From Myxococcota bacterium (GTDB lineage: Bacteria > Myxococcota_A > UBA796 > UBA2385): a stretch of 64,000 nucleotides of DNA. The stretch covers positions 13,414-77,413 of the forward strand of contig JBIJDH010000029.1 of assembly GCA_044344255.1 (NCBI GenBank), given 5' to 3'. The translations under genes were made by a program, and so were the position numbers. The notes below the pieces were generated by a model. The model saw only the letters and a program-made list of their open reading frames with translations, searched no databases and had not been told where the DNA came from. Positions 49,172 to 58,842 of the stretch are shown one piece after another (within the stretch, counting starts at the first letter, position 1; every line of letters starts with the position of its first letter).

Positions 49172-49558
49172 TTGCCCGACATCCAGAGCCTCCAGGAAGC
49201 GCTCCTCGCACAGAAAGCCAAGATCGAAGCCGAGGGGCCGATCGAGGTCCGCACCGACCAGGACGAGCACGACAAGGTGCGCCTCGACGAAGACGCCGCC
49301 CCCCTCCATGAGATGGGGCAGGCCATCGCCTCGGCCCGAAACAAGGAGCGCGCCCAGCGCCTCGTCCAGATCGAGATCGCCCTGCGCCGAATCAGCGAAG
49401 ATCCCGACGGCTTCGGCATCTGCGAGGTCTGCAAGGAGGAGATCCCCGACAAACGCCTGCTCCTCATGCCCTGGACGCGCCGCTGCGTGGCCTGCCAGTC
49501 GCGCAAGGAGATCAAGGGGCCGGTCGTCCGCCGGAAGGTGACCGACTACAAGGACTGA
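49172..49558 (+). CDS. TraR/DksA C4-type zinc finger protein
   Basis: ALRRI..DPDGFGICEVC.EEIP.KRL..MPWTRRCVAC; GAGGAG before TTG. Confidence 0.88.
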   Translation: MPDIQSLQEALLAQKAKIEAEGPIEVRTDQDEHDKVRLDEDAAPLHEMGQAIASARNKERAQRLVQIEIALRRISEDPDGFGICEVCKEEIPDKRLLLMPWTRRCVACQSRKEIKGPVVRRKVTDYKD

Positions 49559-49602
49559 GCCTGTAAAGACTGAGCCTGTAGAGACCGAGCCTGTAAAGAC
49601 TG
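49553..49602. repeat. 15-bp tandem repeat GACTGAGCCTGTAAA, about 3 copies, starting at the DksA-family stop
   Basis: gactgagcctgtaaa gactgagcctgtaga gaccgagcctgtaaa gactg. Confidence 0.85.
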
Positions 49603-49617
49603 TGCACTGGAGGCCCC

Positions 49618-50412
49618 ATGTCCGTCGCCCGGTTGACCCGCCGACCCGCCCTCCGCCGGGGCCCCGTCGGGGCCGTGGCGCTCCTCCTCGCCCTCGCCTG
49701 CGGCGGGGCTGACCCCACCCCCTCGGCGCCGCCCGCCCCACCCGCGGCGCCGCCCGCTCCCCCGCCGTCGGCCCCATCCGCCCCGTCGGCGCCCCCGGTC
49801 GCCGACCCCGAGGCGCCCGGCGAGTGGAAGGCCGAGTCCACCGCCGAGGGTGACCTCAACGGCGACGGCGCCCCCGACTCCGCCCGCGTGCTGTCCCGCG
49901 AGGTCGACGGGGCCCTCGAGGCGAAGCTCGCCGTCTCGCTCTCGACCGCGGGCGGGCCGCCCACCCTGGTCGAGGCCCCGAAGGCCGTCTGTGTGCAGTG
50001 TGGCGGCGTGAAGGGGGCGCCCGTGCCCTTCGAGGTGGAGATCGACGCCGCGCGGGGGGTCCTCTCCCTGTCGTATTTCGGCGGCTCCCGAGAGGTCCGC
50101 GGGCAGACCACCAAGTGGCGCCACCAGGGCGGTGAGCTCACGCTCATCGGCGTGACCGAGGCGGTCACCGACACCTTCCCCGAGGGGGTGGGCGCCATCG
50201 CCTCGGTCGAGTGGGACGTGAACCTCTCCACCCGCCAGATGACCGAGACCGTCGACCGCGTGAGCGGCCCGGCGGCGAAGCCCGACGAGATGCCGCCCAC
50301 CACCGCCACCGTGACCACGTGCGCGGTGCCGCCGAGGCCGCCGGTGACGCTCACCGGCTTTCGCCAAGAGGCCTGGGAGACCCCCCGCTGCACCGCGACG
50401 ATGGTGGAGTGA
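49618..50412 (+). CDS. Hypothetical lipoprotein (Pro-rich linker, GDLNGDG motif, CxxC)
   Basis: Lipobox LALAC; GDLNGDGAPD; CVQCGG; stop overlaps the next ATG. Confidence 0.75.
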   Translation: MSVARLTRRPALRRGPVGAVALLLALACGGADPTPSAPPAPPAAPPAPPPSAPSAPSAPPVADPEAPGEWKAESTAEGDLNGDGAPDSARVLSREVDGALEAKLAVSLSTAGGPPTLVEAPKAVCVQCGGVKGAPVPFEVEIDAARGVLSLSYFGGSREVRGQTTKWRHQGGELTLIGVTEAVTDTFPEGVGAIASVEWDVNLSTRQMTETVDRVSGPAAKPDEMPPTTATVTTCAVPPRPPVTLTGFRQEAWETPRCTATMVE

Positions 50413-51632
50413 TGGCGGCCCTCCCCGCGCGCGCGGACCGCCCCGAGATCGACGTCTCGGCCCTCTTTGAGTGGCTCATCGACGGCGCGCCGGGGGCGGT
50501 CGGGCCGGTGGCGGTCGTGGCCCACATGGGGCCGGCGATGGTCGCGCGCGGCGTCCCGATCAGCCGAATGGCCGCCTTCGTGCGCACCCTCCACCCGAGC
50601 ATCATGGGGCGCAGCTTCGTCTGGCGCGCCGACCGCGCCGAGGTGGAGGTGCGCGAGGCGCCCTACTCGGTGCTCGTCAGCCCCACCTTCGCGGTGAGCG
50701 CGGCGGGGCGCGTCTTCTCGACCGGCCAGCCCCTGCGGCGCCGCATCGCCCTGGCCGAGGAGGCCGACTCTGTCGAGCTCGTCAAGCTGCGCGACGAGGG
50801 GATGACCGACTACCTCGGGCTGCCGCTGCGCTTCCTCGACGGGCAGGTGCACGCGGTCACCTTCTGCACCGACCACCCAGACGGCTTCTCCGACGACCAC
50901 GTCCGCGCGCTCACGCAGCTCTCCCGCCCGCTGGCCCGCGTCGCCGAGATCCTGGCGCTCCGCCGCACCGCCACCAACTTGCTCAACGCCTACGTGGGCC
51001 GCGACGCCGGAGAGCGCATCCTCCAGGGCAAGGTGCAGCGCGGCGACACCGAGATCGTGCGCTGCGTGATCTGGTTCTCCGACCTCCGGGGCTTCACCAC
51101 CCTTTCGCAGGCCAGCCCCGCCGAGGACATCATCCTCGTGCTCAATCGGATCTTCGACTGTCAGGTCCCGATGATCGAGCAGCAGGGCGGACAGGTCTTG
51201 AAGTTCATGGGGGACGGGCTGCTCGCAATCTTCCCGATCCCCAGCCCCGAGTCCGTGGACTCTGTCGCCCCCGCCGCCCTCGCCGCCGCCCTCGCCGCCC
51301 ACGGGGCCCTCGAGCGCCTCAATGAGGAGCGGCACGCGGTGGGGGAGAGCCCCCTCGACTTTGGCGTGTCGCTGCACATCGGCGACGTCGCCTACGGCAA
51401 CATCGGCGGGGAGGGTCGCCTCGACTTCACCTGCATCGGCGCGGCGGTCAACCTCGCCTCCCGCATCGAGGGCCTCACCGGGAAGCTCGGCCACCGGCTG
51501 CTCCTGAGCGAGGCCTTCGCGGCGGTGCCGGGGGTGGAGTCTGTCGAGGTCGGGCGGTTCCCGCTGAAAGGGGTGGAGGGGGAGGTCACCGTCTATGCGC
51601 CCGCGCCCGGCCCCCGCACAGTCCTGAGCTGA
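50412..51632 (+). CDS. Class III adenylate cyclase with N-terminal GAF-like region
   Basis: FSDLRGFT, KFMGDGLLAIF, LHIGDVAYGNIG, DFTCIGAAVNLASRIE. Lys/Asp specificity residues point to ATP. Confidence 0.9.
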   Translation: MAALPARADRPEIDVSALFEWLIDGAPGAVGPVAVVAHMGPAMVARGVPISRMAAFVRTLHPSIMGRSFVWRADRAEVEVREAPYSVLVSPTFAVSAAGRVFSTGQPLRRRIALAEEADSVELVKLRDEGMTDYLGLPLRFLDGQVHAVTFCTDHPDGFSDDHVRALTQLSRPLARVAEILALRRTATNLLNAYVGRDAGERILQGKVQRGDTEIVRCVIWFSDLRGFTTLSQASPAEDIILVLNRIFDCQVPMIEQQGGQVLKFMGDGLLAIFPIPSPESVDSVAPAALAAALAAHGALERLNEERHAVGESPLDFGVSLHIGDVAYGNIGGEGRLDFTCIGAAVNLASRIEGLTGKLGHRLLLSEAFAAVPGVESVEVGRFPLKGVEGEVTVYAPAPGPRTVLS

Positions 51633-51637
51633 GCGCC

Positions 51638-53818
51638 TCAGATCCGCAGGCCGGCGGTGAGGCCGGGCCAGATCGGGAGCGTGTAGTCGCCCATCTCCAG
51701 CGACTGGATGCGGAACAGGGTGGGGTACTCCCCCGCTCGCCCGCCCTCGCCCTGCACCCCCTCGCCGGGGATGAAGGACGCCGACAGGGTGGGGCCGACG
51801 AAGATCGCGAGGTTGGGCTTGATCTCGTACCCCGCCACCACCCGGAGCCGGGTCGAGAAGGGGGCGCTTTCCCAGTCCACGTCCTCCCCGTCGTTCGGGA
51901 AGACGAAGGCGCTCATCGCGGCGAGGTCGGTGTCGACGAAGAAGCGGTCTCCCGCGTGCCACCCCATCCCGAGCGTGCTCGTCAGGCGGCTGCGGTCACC
52001 CGGCAGCCAGCCCACCCCGAGCACGTTGTAGAGGTGCTTTCCGCCGAGGACGCCGCCGATGTTGACCGGCTCGTCGGCCGCGTAGACCTCGAGGTGGTGG
52101 TACCCGTCGCCGATGATCGAGATGAGGCCGACCGGCTCGCCGTCCATCTCCTTGGCGACGTTGATGAGGCCCACCTGGGTGCCGTCCACCCGCTTGCCCA
52201 CGTTGACGAGGCCGAGCTGCAGCCCCTTGGCCTGCTCCGCGACGTTGACGAGGGAGACCTGGGCGCCCTCGAGCTCCTTCGTCATGCTCAACCCCGAGCC
52301 CACCTGCGCGCCGTGCACGCTCGGCGCCGCGTTGACCCCCACCGCGAGCTGGAGCCCGCTCACCTCCGCGCCGGCCACCGAGGCGCCGACGCTCACCTGG
52401 GCCCCGTGGACCGCGCCCTTGGCCACCGAGGCGCCCACCGCCACCTGCGCTCCGTTCACGCCGGCCCCGCTCACCACCACGCCCTGGGCGAATTGGAGCC
52501 CCCGGCTGACCGAGCCCGCCGAGTTGAAGGCGACGCCCACCTGCGCCCCGCGCATGTCGTCCCGCACGAGGTTGCCGACGAGCGCCGCCTGCACGCCCTC
52601 GAGGGCCGCGGCGCTGTTGAGGCCGAGGGAGAGGGCCACGTGCTGCTTCGTCGGCCGGTCGCCGGGCGGCCAGGCGAGCTCCGGCACGATGCCCATCGAG
52701 AAGGGCACGTCCACATAGGCTTCGCCGCCCCGAACGGTGGTCTTCTCGGCGCTCACCGCGTGCATCGAGATCGCGTTGAAGTTGACCGACTGACCCTCGA
52801 CGAGCGTGAAGGTGCCCTCTCGTCGGGTCCGGTCGGGGGCCTCGATCAGCAGCGTGTAGGTGCCGGCCCCGAGGCCAAGCGAGACGGGCCGCCCCGCCGG
52901 CTTGTACAGCTCGGCCACGACCTTGCCCTTGTCATCGCTCACAAACAGCCGGCCCTCGATGCCCTCGTCCACCATCAGGATGGCCGAGGAGGCGCTGAGC
53001 TCGGTCATCACGAGGTCGCCGGTGCCCGCCATGCGGATGTCGAAGGCCGGGTGCTGGGCCCCGGCGCGGGTGATCTTCGTGCGTGACAGGGTCTCGTCAT
53101 AAGCAAACTGATAGGCCTCGTTCAGGGTCACTCGCCCGTCGCTCGAGGTGTCGGCCGCCCCGCGCAGCCCGCTCACCAGGAAGTGGGTGAAGAAGCTCCC
53201 GTTCAAGCGGTCCGACTCCTGGGCCGCCTCATCGGGGGCCGAGGAGGTGAGGTAGGCCGAGCCGGTGACATCGACGGACTCGTCGGCGAGGAAGGCCGGG
53301 CGCGCCGTGCCCCCCTTCGTGCGGGTGATCGAGCCCGAGGAGCAGGAGTCGAGGATGACGACGCGCACATCGGCCGGCACCGCGCTGATCTGCGTGCGCA
53401 GGGCCCCGTACTCGTAACGGTTGCCGCCGAGGAGGAGGCCCTGCTCGTCGCTGTGGCCCGAATAATAGACGAGGAGCTCGGTGCGTTGGCCCTGGGCCTG
53501 GGCGGCGCCCACGCGGCGGGAGAGGTCAGCCAAGGCGCGCTCGAGGTCGGCCCGCTTGGGCTCGAGGAGCAGCACCTCGTCGGACTTCCGCACCCCGCCG
53601 TACTCGGAGAGGACCCGCGCCACCTGACCCGCGTCCTCGTCGGCCCAGCGGAGGGTGGGGCGGTCCGCCCCGCCGAAATTGGCGCCGGCGACGAGGGCGA
53701 AGCGCCGCGTCTCCGCCGCCTCGGCGACAGACGGGAGAGAGAGGGACAGGAAGAGGGGGACGGACAGGGCGAGCGACCGGATAAGGGAGGCCGGAGAGGA
53801 GCCGGGAGAGGAGATCAT
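51638..53818 (-). CDS. Secreted caspase-like (C14) peptidase with LA_2272-type G.Q.G..N repeats and barrel-like C-terminus
   Basis: ATG 53818 overlaps the upstream stop; signal peptide; RRFALVAGAN, YYSGHS (His), ILDSCSSG (Cys), GSFFTHFLVSGLRGAAD, QHP; GLQLGLVN repeats; ends TAGLRI. Confidence 0.88.
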   Translation of the reverse strand: MISSPGSSPASLIRSLALSVPLFLSLSLPSVAEAAETRRFALVAGANFGGADRPTLRWADEDAGQVARVLSEYGGVRKSDEVLLLEPKRADLERALADLSRRVGAAQAQGQRTELLVYYSGHSDEQGLLLGGNRYEYGALRTQISAVPADVRVVILDSCSSGSITRTKGGTARPAFLADESVDVTGSAYLTSSAPDEAAQESDRLNGSFFTHFLVSGLRGAADTSSDGRVTLNEAYQFAYDETLSRTKITRAGAQHPAFDIRMAGTGDLVMTELSASSAILMVDEGIEGRLFVSDDKGKVVAELYKPAGRPVSLGLGAGTYTLLIEAPDRTRREGTFTLVEGQSVNFNAISMHAVSAEKTTVRGGEAYVDVPFSMGIVPELAWPPGDRPTKQHVALSLGLNSAAALEGVQAALVGNLVRDDMRGAQVGVAFNSAGSVSRGLQFAQGVVVSGAGVNGAQVAVGASVAKGAVHGAQVSVGASVAGAEVSGLQLAVGVNAAPSVHGAQVGSGLSMTKELEGAQVSLVNVAEQAKGLQLGLVNVGKRVDGTQVGLINVAKEMDGEPVGLISIIGDGYHHLEVYAADEPVNIGGVLGGKHLYNVLGVGWLPGDRSRLTSTLGMGWHAGDRFFVDTDLAAMSAFVFPNDGEDVDWESAPFSTRLRVVAGYEIKPNLAIFVGPTLSASFIPGEGVQGEGGRAGEYPTLFRIQSLEMGDYTLPIWPGLTAGLRI

Positions 53819-54651
53819 GGGCTCACCTTGCGCAGCAGGAAGGAGGAGGACTGGGTCGCGCCGGCCTGGAGCCCGGCGGGCAACAGGAGCGGGGCGCTGG
53901 AGGCGTCGGGGCGGGCGGCGAGGGCCGCGGCGGCGGCGAGCACCGGCTCGACCTCGAAGGGCCGATCCGCGGAGATGAAGAAGAAGCGCTCGAAGGCCGG
54001 GGCGTCGTCGAGCTCGAAGGCGGTGGGCAGCGCGTGGAGCCCCGCGTCGAGGGGGGCGGCGGCGCGGCCCCCGACCGGCAGGTGGCGCGTGAGCCCGCCG
54101 CGGCCGTCGATCGACAGGATGAGGCCGTAGCTGCCCTGCTCCGCGCGGGTCGAGAGCTGGATCATGTCGCCGGGGCGGGCGGTGGCGCCCTCGGGGAGGC
54201 TCTCGACCCCCGCGCGGCTGCGGCGGTGCACCTCGAGGCCCGCCTCGAGGCCCTTCACGCCGATGCCCTCCTCCCCCGCGAGGGTCGGCGGGGCCACCTC
54301 CGCCGTCGGGCCGGGGGACCGCAAGACGAGCAGCGCGCCGAGCGAGGCGGCGAGGGCCGGGACGAGCAGCCAGCCGCGGCCGAGGCTCGACCGGGCGGCC
54401 GGGGCCGGCAGCGCGGCCCGCAGCGCCGGCACCACGGTGAAGGGGGGGCGCTCGAGGAGGAAGCGGGCGTCGGCGGCGCGGAGGGCGGCGAGTCGCTCGG
54501 CGCCGCCCGCCTCTTCGAGGAGTCGACGGCCCACCTCGGCGAGGCGCTCGGCCGGCAGCTCCCCCAGCGCGTACCGCTCGAGCAGCCACTGGGGCACACG
54601 ATCGGCCGCCCGGGCGGGCCCCGTCGGGGCTTTCTTGGGATCCTGGCTCAT
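53815..54651 (-). CDS. ActD-like anti-sigma protein (TM segment + DUF4384-like domain)
   Basis: VPQWLLERYALGELP N-terminus, one TM segment, GVKG, ARPGDMIQL, SIDGRG, FELDDAPAFERFF. Confidence 0.8.
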   Translation of the reverse strand: MSQDPKKAPTGPARAADRVPQWLLERYALGELPAERLAEVGRRLLEEAGGAERLAALRAADARFLLERPPFTVVPALRAALPAPAARSSLGRGWLLVPALAASLGALLVLRSPGPTAEVAPPTLAGEEGIGVKGLEAGLEVHRRSRAGVESLPEGATARPGDMIQLSTRAEQGSYGLILSIDGRGGLTRHLPVGGRAAAPLDAGLHALPTAFELDDAPAFERFFFISADRPFEVEPVLAAAAALAARPDASSAPLLLPAGLQAGATQSSSFLLRKVSP

Positions 54652-55139
54652 CGGGCCTCCAAGGCGGGCTCGAGCTCATGGAGGTGCGCCCGGAGGGTGC
54701 GGAGGCGCTTGCGCACCCCCGAGACCGACAGGCCCACCTCGGCGGCCACCTCCTCGAGGGTCATCCCGTCGAGGAGGTGCAGCGTGGCGATGGTGCGGGT
54801 GGAGGGCGGCTCGCGGTCGAAGAGGCGGTCGAGCAGCCGGGCGGCGGGCAGGCGACCGTCCACCTCCGGCGCGGCGGCGATGCGCAGCAAGAGCTCATCA
54901 TCGCGGTCCTCCGGGTGCCGCTTCAAGGTGCGCAAGCGGTTCAGACAGACGTTTGTGGCCACCTGGTGCAGCAGGGCTGAGGGTGTTTCAATCACGAGGA
55001 CCTCCTTTCGGCGGAGGAGCTGGACGAAGACCTCTTGCATCGCGTCCTGGGCGAGCTGATCGTCGCGCAGCAGCCAACGGCAGCGACGCCAGACCATGGG
55101 CCCGTATCGGCGATAGAGATGATCGATGTCGAGGCTCAA
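54648..55139 (-). CDS. ECF RNA polymerase sigma factor
   Basis: LYRRYGPMVWRRC, AQDAMQEVF, ATNVCLNRLR, DGMTLEEVAAEVGLSVSGVRKRL; TTG start at 55139 inferred (ORF track starts at 55226). Confidence 0.9.
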   Translation of the reverse strand: MSLDIDHLYRRYGPMVWRRCRWLLRDDQLAQDAMQEVFVQLLRRKEVLVIETPSALLHQVATNVCLNRLRTLKRHPEDRDDELLLRIAAAPEVDGRLPAARLLDRLFDREPPSTRTIATLHLLDGMTLEEVAAEVGLSVSGVRKRLRTLRAHLHELEPALEAR

Positions 55140-55288
55140 GCCGGTCTCGCACTCCCTGTGTCCTCGGACACCAGCGGGCGGCCGATCTGTCACCCGGCCC
55201 AGCGGCCCCGATGAAGTTTGTCGCATAAGGCGATGGGTAGGCCCCCGCTCCGAGGGCCCCGCCGGCCCGCCCCACCGAGGAGGCCCCG

Positions 55289-57151
55289 ATCCCGCCGGCC
55301 CTCCTCACCCTCGCGCACACCTGGCTCGACCAGCTCCGGGCCGAGGGGCCGGCGCGCCTCCTCGTCGGGGTCCTGGTCGGCGGCGGCCTCGGCTGGCTGG
55401 CTCACCGCCACCCCGCCGCCCTGCGCGGGCGGGCCCCCTGGGCGCTGCTGCTCGGCCTCGCGCTGGTCGTCGGGCTGGGCCTCGCCGCGCGCCACCCCTC
55501 GGTGGTCGACGACGCCTTCATCGCCCTCCGCTACGCGCGGCGGCTGCTCGACGGGCAAGGCCTCACCTTCAACGACGGCGAGCGGGTCGAGGGCTACACC
55601 GACACCCTCTGGGTGCTGCTCACCGCCGCCCTCTCCGGCCTCACGGGCATCGAGCTCCCCCTCGCGGCCCTCGCCCTCAACCTCGTCGCCTTCATCGGCA
55701 ACCTCGTCGTCGCGGCGCAGCTCTCGCGGCGCCTGCAAGGGGAGGCCGGCCCGCGGCCGCCCGTCGCCGCGCTGCTGCTCGCCACCCACCTCCCCTTCCT
55801 CTCCCACGCCACCACCGGCCTCGAGACGGGGCTCACGGCGCTGTTCATCCAGCTCGGCGCCCTCGCGCTCTTGCGCGAGCCGCGGCCCGGCGACGACGGG
55901 GCCGGCCTGGCGCTGCAGGCCTCCGGCTGGTGGATCGCCGCCGCCCTCACCCGCCCCGACGCGGCGCTCTTCTGGTTCGCGGGGGCCCTCGCGCTCGTGC
56001 GCGGCCGGCGGCAGGCGCTCGGCTACCTCTTGCCGGGCCTCGGCTATGGGCTCGTGCTGCTCGCCAAGCTCGCTTACTACGGCGACATCGTCCCCAACAC
56101 GGCCTACGCCAAGTCGGCCAACCTCGCTTACTTCTCCCAAGGCTTCGTCTACCTCGGAGAGTTCTGGCTGGGCTCCCAGGGCTGGCTGCTCCTCCTGCTG
56201 GGCCTCGCCTGGCTCCGGGCCCCCGAGGCGTCTCCGGGCGCCCGCCGGCTCCGGCTCTTCTGTCTGCTCGTGGTGCCAGCGCAGCTCTTCTACGTCACTC
56301 GCCTCGGCGGTGACTTCATGGCCGGTCGTTTCTTCATCGTCCTGGTGCCGCTCCTGCTGGTCTCCGCCGAGCGGCTCCTCTGGACTCAGGCGCGGCCGGG
56401 TCGGCGGGCCCTGATCGGAGGCCTGCTCGCCGCCACAGCCCTCAGCGGCCCGCTCATCCCCGATGGGAAGGTGCAGGGCTGGATCGCCAACGAGACCACG
56501 ATCTATCCCCTGACCGCGCTCTCCCCCGTGACGATCGACCACAGCTATTTTCGAATGAGCCAGTTCTTGCGGGAGACGCTCACCGACCGCGGCATCCGGC
56601 CCACCCTCGCGACCGGGACGATTGGGATGCTCGGCTACTACTCGGGGCTGCCCCTCATCGACCTCCACGGGCTGACGGACCGTCACATCGCCCGCCTCCC
56701 GCTCCAGGCCCGCGGCCACCCCGGGCACGAGAAGTGGCCGAACTACGGCTACCTCCGCGAGCGGCGGGTGAACCTCGTCCAGTCGGGCCGGATCTGCGAC
56801 ACCGGCAAATTCAAGGCCCTCGTCACCATCCGCCCCGACACAGACTTTGACCGGCCCTGGTGTATCTTCGTCTACGATAGCGCCCTGATGGACACCATCG
56901 CCGCGCGGGCGCCCGAGTGGCGCTTCATCCGCTTCCCCGAGTGGCTCGACGTCTATCTGCGCGGGCTCGACCAGAAGGACCCCGCAGAGGTCGCGGCCGA
57001 CCTCCAGTGGTTCCGCTGGTACTACTTTGACCACAACGATGACGCCGAGCGGGTCCGCGTCCTCGAGCGCTGGCTGGCCCTGCACCCGCCGCCCCCCTCC
57101 CGGGAGCCGGCGCCGTCGGATAGCCCGCCCCATGCCTCGCCCCACCTCTGA
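55289..57151 (+). CDS. GT-C superfamily glycosyltransferase (AftB-like membrane protein)
   Basis: [71 protein letters not shown]. The reading frame is open from ATC 55289; first canonical start is GTG 55502. Confidence 0.85.
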   Translation: MPPALLTLAHTWLDQLRAEGPARLLVGVLVGGGLGWLAHRHPAALRGRAPWALLLGLALVVGLGLAARHPSVVDDAFIALRYARRLLDGQGLTFNDGERVEGYTDTLWVLLTAALSGLTGIELPLAALALNLVAFIGNLVVAAQLSRRLQGEAGPRPPVAALLLATHLPFLSHATTGLETGLTALFIQLGALALLREPRPGDDGAGLALQASGWWIAAALTRPDAALFWFAGALALVRGRRQALGYLLPGLGYGLVLLAKLAYYGDIVPNTAYAKSANLAYFSQGFVYLGEFWLGSQGWLLLLLGLAWLRAPEASPGARRLRLFCLLVVPAQLFYVTRLGGDFMAGRFFIVLVPLLLVSAERLLWTQARPGRRALIGGLLAATALSGPLIPDGKVQGWIANETTIYPLTALSPVTIDHSYFRMSQFLRETLTDRGIRPTLATGTIGMLGYYSGLPLIDLHGLTDRHIARLPLQARGHPGHEKWPNYGYLRERRVNLVQSGRICDTGKFKALVTIRPDTDFDRPWCIFVYDSALMDTIAARAPEWRFIRFPEWLDVYLRGLDQKDPAEVAADLQWFRWYYFDHNDDAERVRVLERWLALHPPPPSREPAPSDSPPHASPHL

Positions 57152-58487
57152 CCTCCCCGAGCTCCGCGGCCTCCCCCTCCTCGGCTGCTCCATCCAGTTC
57201 GCCAGAGACCCGCTGGGCTTCGTGACGCGGAGCCTCACCGCGGGCGACCTCGTCCGGGTGCGGATCGGCCCCGGCACGATGTGCTTCGTGCACCACCCCG
57301 AGCAGATCGAGCAGGTGCTGGTCGGCCTGAAAGACCAGACCCGCAAGGACCGGGTGACCCGCCGGCTCTCGCTCATCCTCGGCAACGGGCTGCTGACGAG
57401 CGAGGGGGCCGAGTGGCTGCGCCACCGCCGCATCGCCGCGCCGAGCTTCCAGCCGAAGCAGATCGGCGGCTACGCCGACACGATGGTCGCCTCCACCGCG
57501 CGCTTCCTGTCCTCCCTCCCCGCCGAGGGGGAGCGCGACCTGCGGCCCGACATGATGCGCCTCACCCTCGACATCGTCGTGCGCACCCTCTTCGATCCCT
57601 CGATGCACGGGCGCGTGGACTCCGTGCAAGAGCTGATCGACGTGCTCATCGAGTCGGCGACCAACGAGGCCCAGGGCATCGACTCCCTCCTCCCGATCTG
57701 GGTGCCCACCCCGAGCCGCGCCCGCATCCAGCGCACCCGCAAGTCGATCGACGAGATGTTCTACGCCGTCATCCGCGCCCGCCGCGCCGCGACCGAACAG
57801 GGGGATGACCTCCTCTCCCGCCTGCTCGCCGCCCGCGACGAAGACGGGCAAGGGTTCAGCGACGAGCAGCTCCGCGACGAGCTCGTCACCATCTTCATCG
57901 CCGGGCACGAGACCACCGCCATCGTGCTCACCTTCGCCCTCTACCTCCTCGCCGCCCACCCGGCCGAGCAGGGGGCGCTCTACGAGGAGGTCCAGGGCGC
58001 CCTCGGCGACCGCCCCGCCACCGGCGCCGACATCGCCCGCCTCCCGCGCACGGCCGCGGTGGTCAACGAGGTGATGCGCCTCTATCCCCCCGCCTGGATC
58101 ATCGGCCGGGAGGCCCTCTCCGACGTCGAGGTAGGCGGCTACACCATCCCCGCCGGCCACGAGCTCACCCTGCTGCAGTGGGTGGTGCACCGCGACCCCC
58201 GCTGGTGGCGCGAGCCCGCGGCCTTTCGGCCCGACCGCTGGCAGAACGGGGAGACCGACGGCAACCCCCGCTTCGCCTACTTCCCCTTCGGCGGCGGCCC
58301 CCGCGTCTGCGTGGGCAACCACTTCGCCAAGATGGAGGCGGTGCTCGCCCTGGCCACCCTGGTGCAGGGCCTCGAGGTCTCCCTCCGCCCCGGCTTCCAG
58401 CCGACGCTCGTGCCGAGCATCACGCTGCGCCCGAAAGAGATGCCCCTCCGCTTCCGGCGCCGGGCGGGGGGCGGCGCGCAGGGCTGA
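57132..58487 (+). CDS. Cytochrome P450
   Basis: [17 protein letters not shown] (I helix), EVMRLYPP (ExxR), [16 protein letters not shown] heme motif. Confidence 0.96.
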   Translation: MPRPTSDLPELRGLPLLGCSIQFARDPLGFVTRSLTAGDLVRVRIGPGTMCFVHHPEQIEQVLVGLKDQTRKDRVTRRLSLILGNGLLTSEGAEWLRHRRIAAPSFQPKQIGGYADTMVASTARFLSSLPAEGERDLRPDMMRLTLDIVVRTLFDPSMHGRVDSVQELIDVLIESATNEAQGIDSLLPIWVPTPSRARIQRTRKSIDEMFYAVIRARRAATEQGDDLLSRLLAARDEDGQGFSDEQLRDELVTIFIAGHETTAIVLTFALYLLAAHPAEQGALYEEVQGALGDRPATGADIARLPRTAAVVNEVMRLYPPAWIIGREALSDVEVGGYTIPAGHELTLLQWVVHRDPRWWREPAAFRPDRWQNGETDGNPRFAYFPFGGGPRVCVGNHFAKMEAVLALATLVQGLEVSLRPGFQPTLVPSITLRPKEMPLRFRRRAGGGAQG

Positions 58488-58545
58488 CCTCCGCCGCTCC
58501 CGCTTCGGCGGCACCGGGCTCACGCTCACCCAGGCCGGGGCGGTG
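58486..58545 (+). pseudogene. Internally deleted duplicate of the 5' end of the downstream MFS gene
   Basis: 58486-58512 matches 58855-58881 at 26/27 positions; 58516-58545 is identical to 58981-59010 (30/30). Confidence 0.8.
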
Positions 58546-58565
58546 TTTGCGGTCGAGCGGTGGTC

Positions 58566-58794
58566 GGGGCCATCGCATCGGCCCTTCGGGGCCATCGCAT
58601 CGCCCTTCGGGGCCATCGCATCGCCCTTCGGGGCCATCGCATCGCCCTTCGGGGCCATCGCATCGCCCTTCGGGGCCATCGCACTGCCCTTCGGGGCCAT
58701 CGCACTGCCCTTCGGGGCCATCGCACTGCCCTTCGGGGCCATCGCACCGCCCTTCGGGGCCATCGCACTGCCCTTCGGGGCCATCGCATCGCCC
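58566..58794. repeat. 21-bp tandem array GGGGCCATCGCA(TC/CT/CC)GCCCTTC, about 11 copies
   Basis: Head-to-tail units with no spacers; each junction forms GCCC-TTCG-GGGC. Confidence 0.95.
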
Positions 58795-58842
58795 GAGACC
58801 CCTTCGGGCTCACCCGCGCGCGCTCCGGGATAGCCGGGCCCC

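Noticed and set aside
53819..54679. N-terminal extension of the 1013-aa caspase ORF
   Set aside because: Overlaps the anti-sigma gene in another frame; the true start is ATG 53818 with a signal peptide.
58566..58794. CRISPR array
   Set aside because: Units are head-to-tail with no unique spacers, and no cas genes are in the window.
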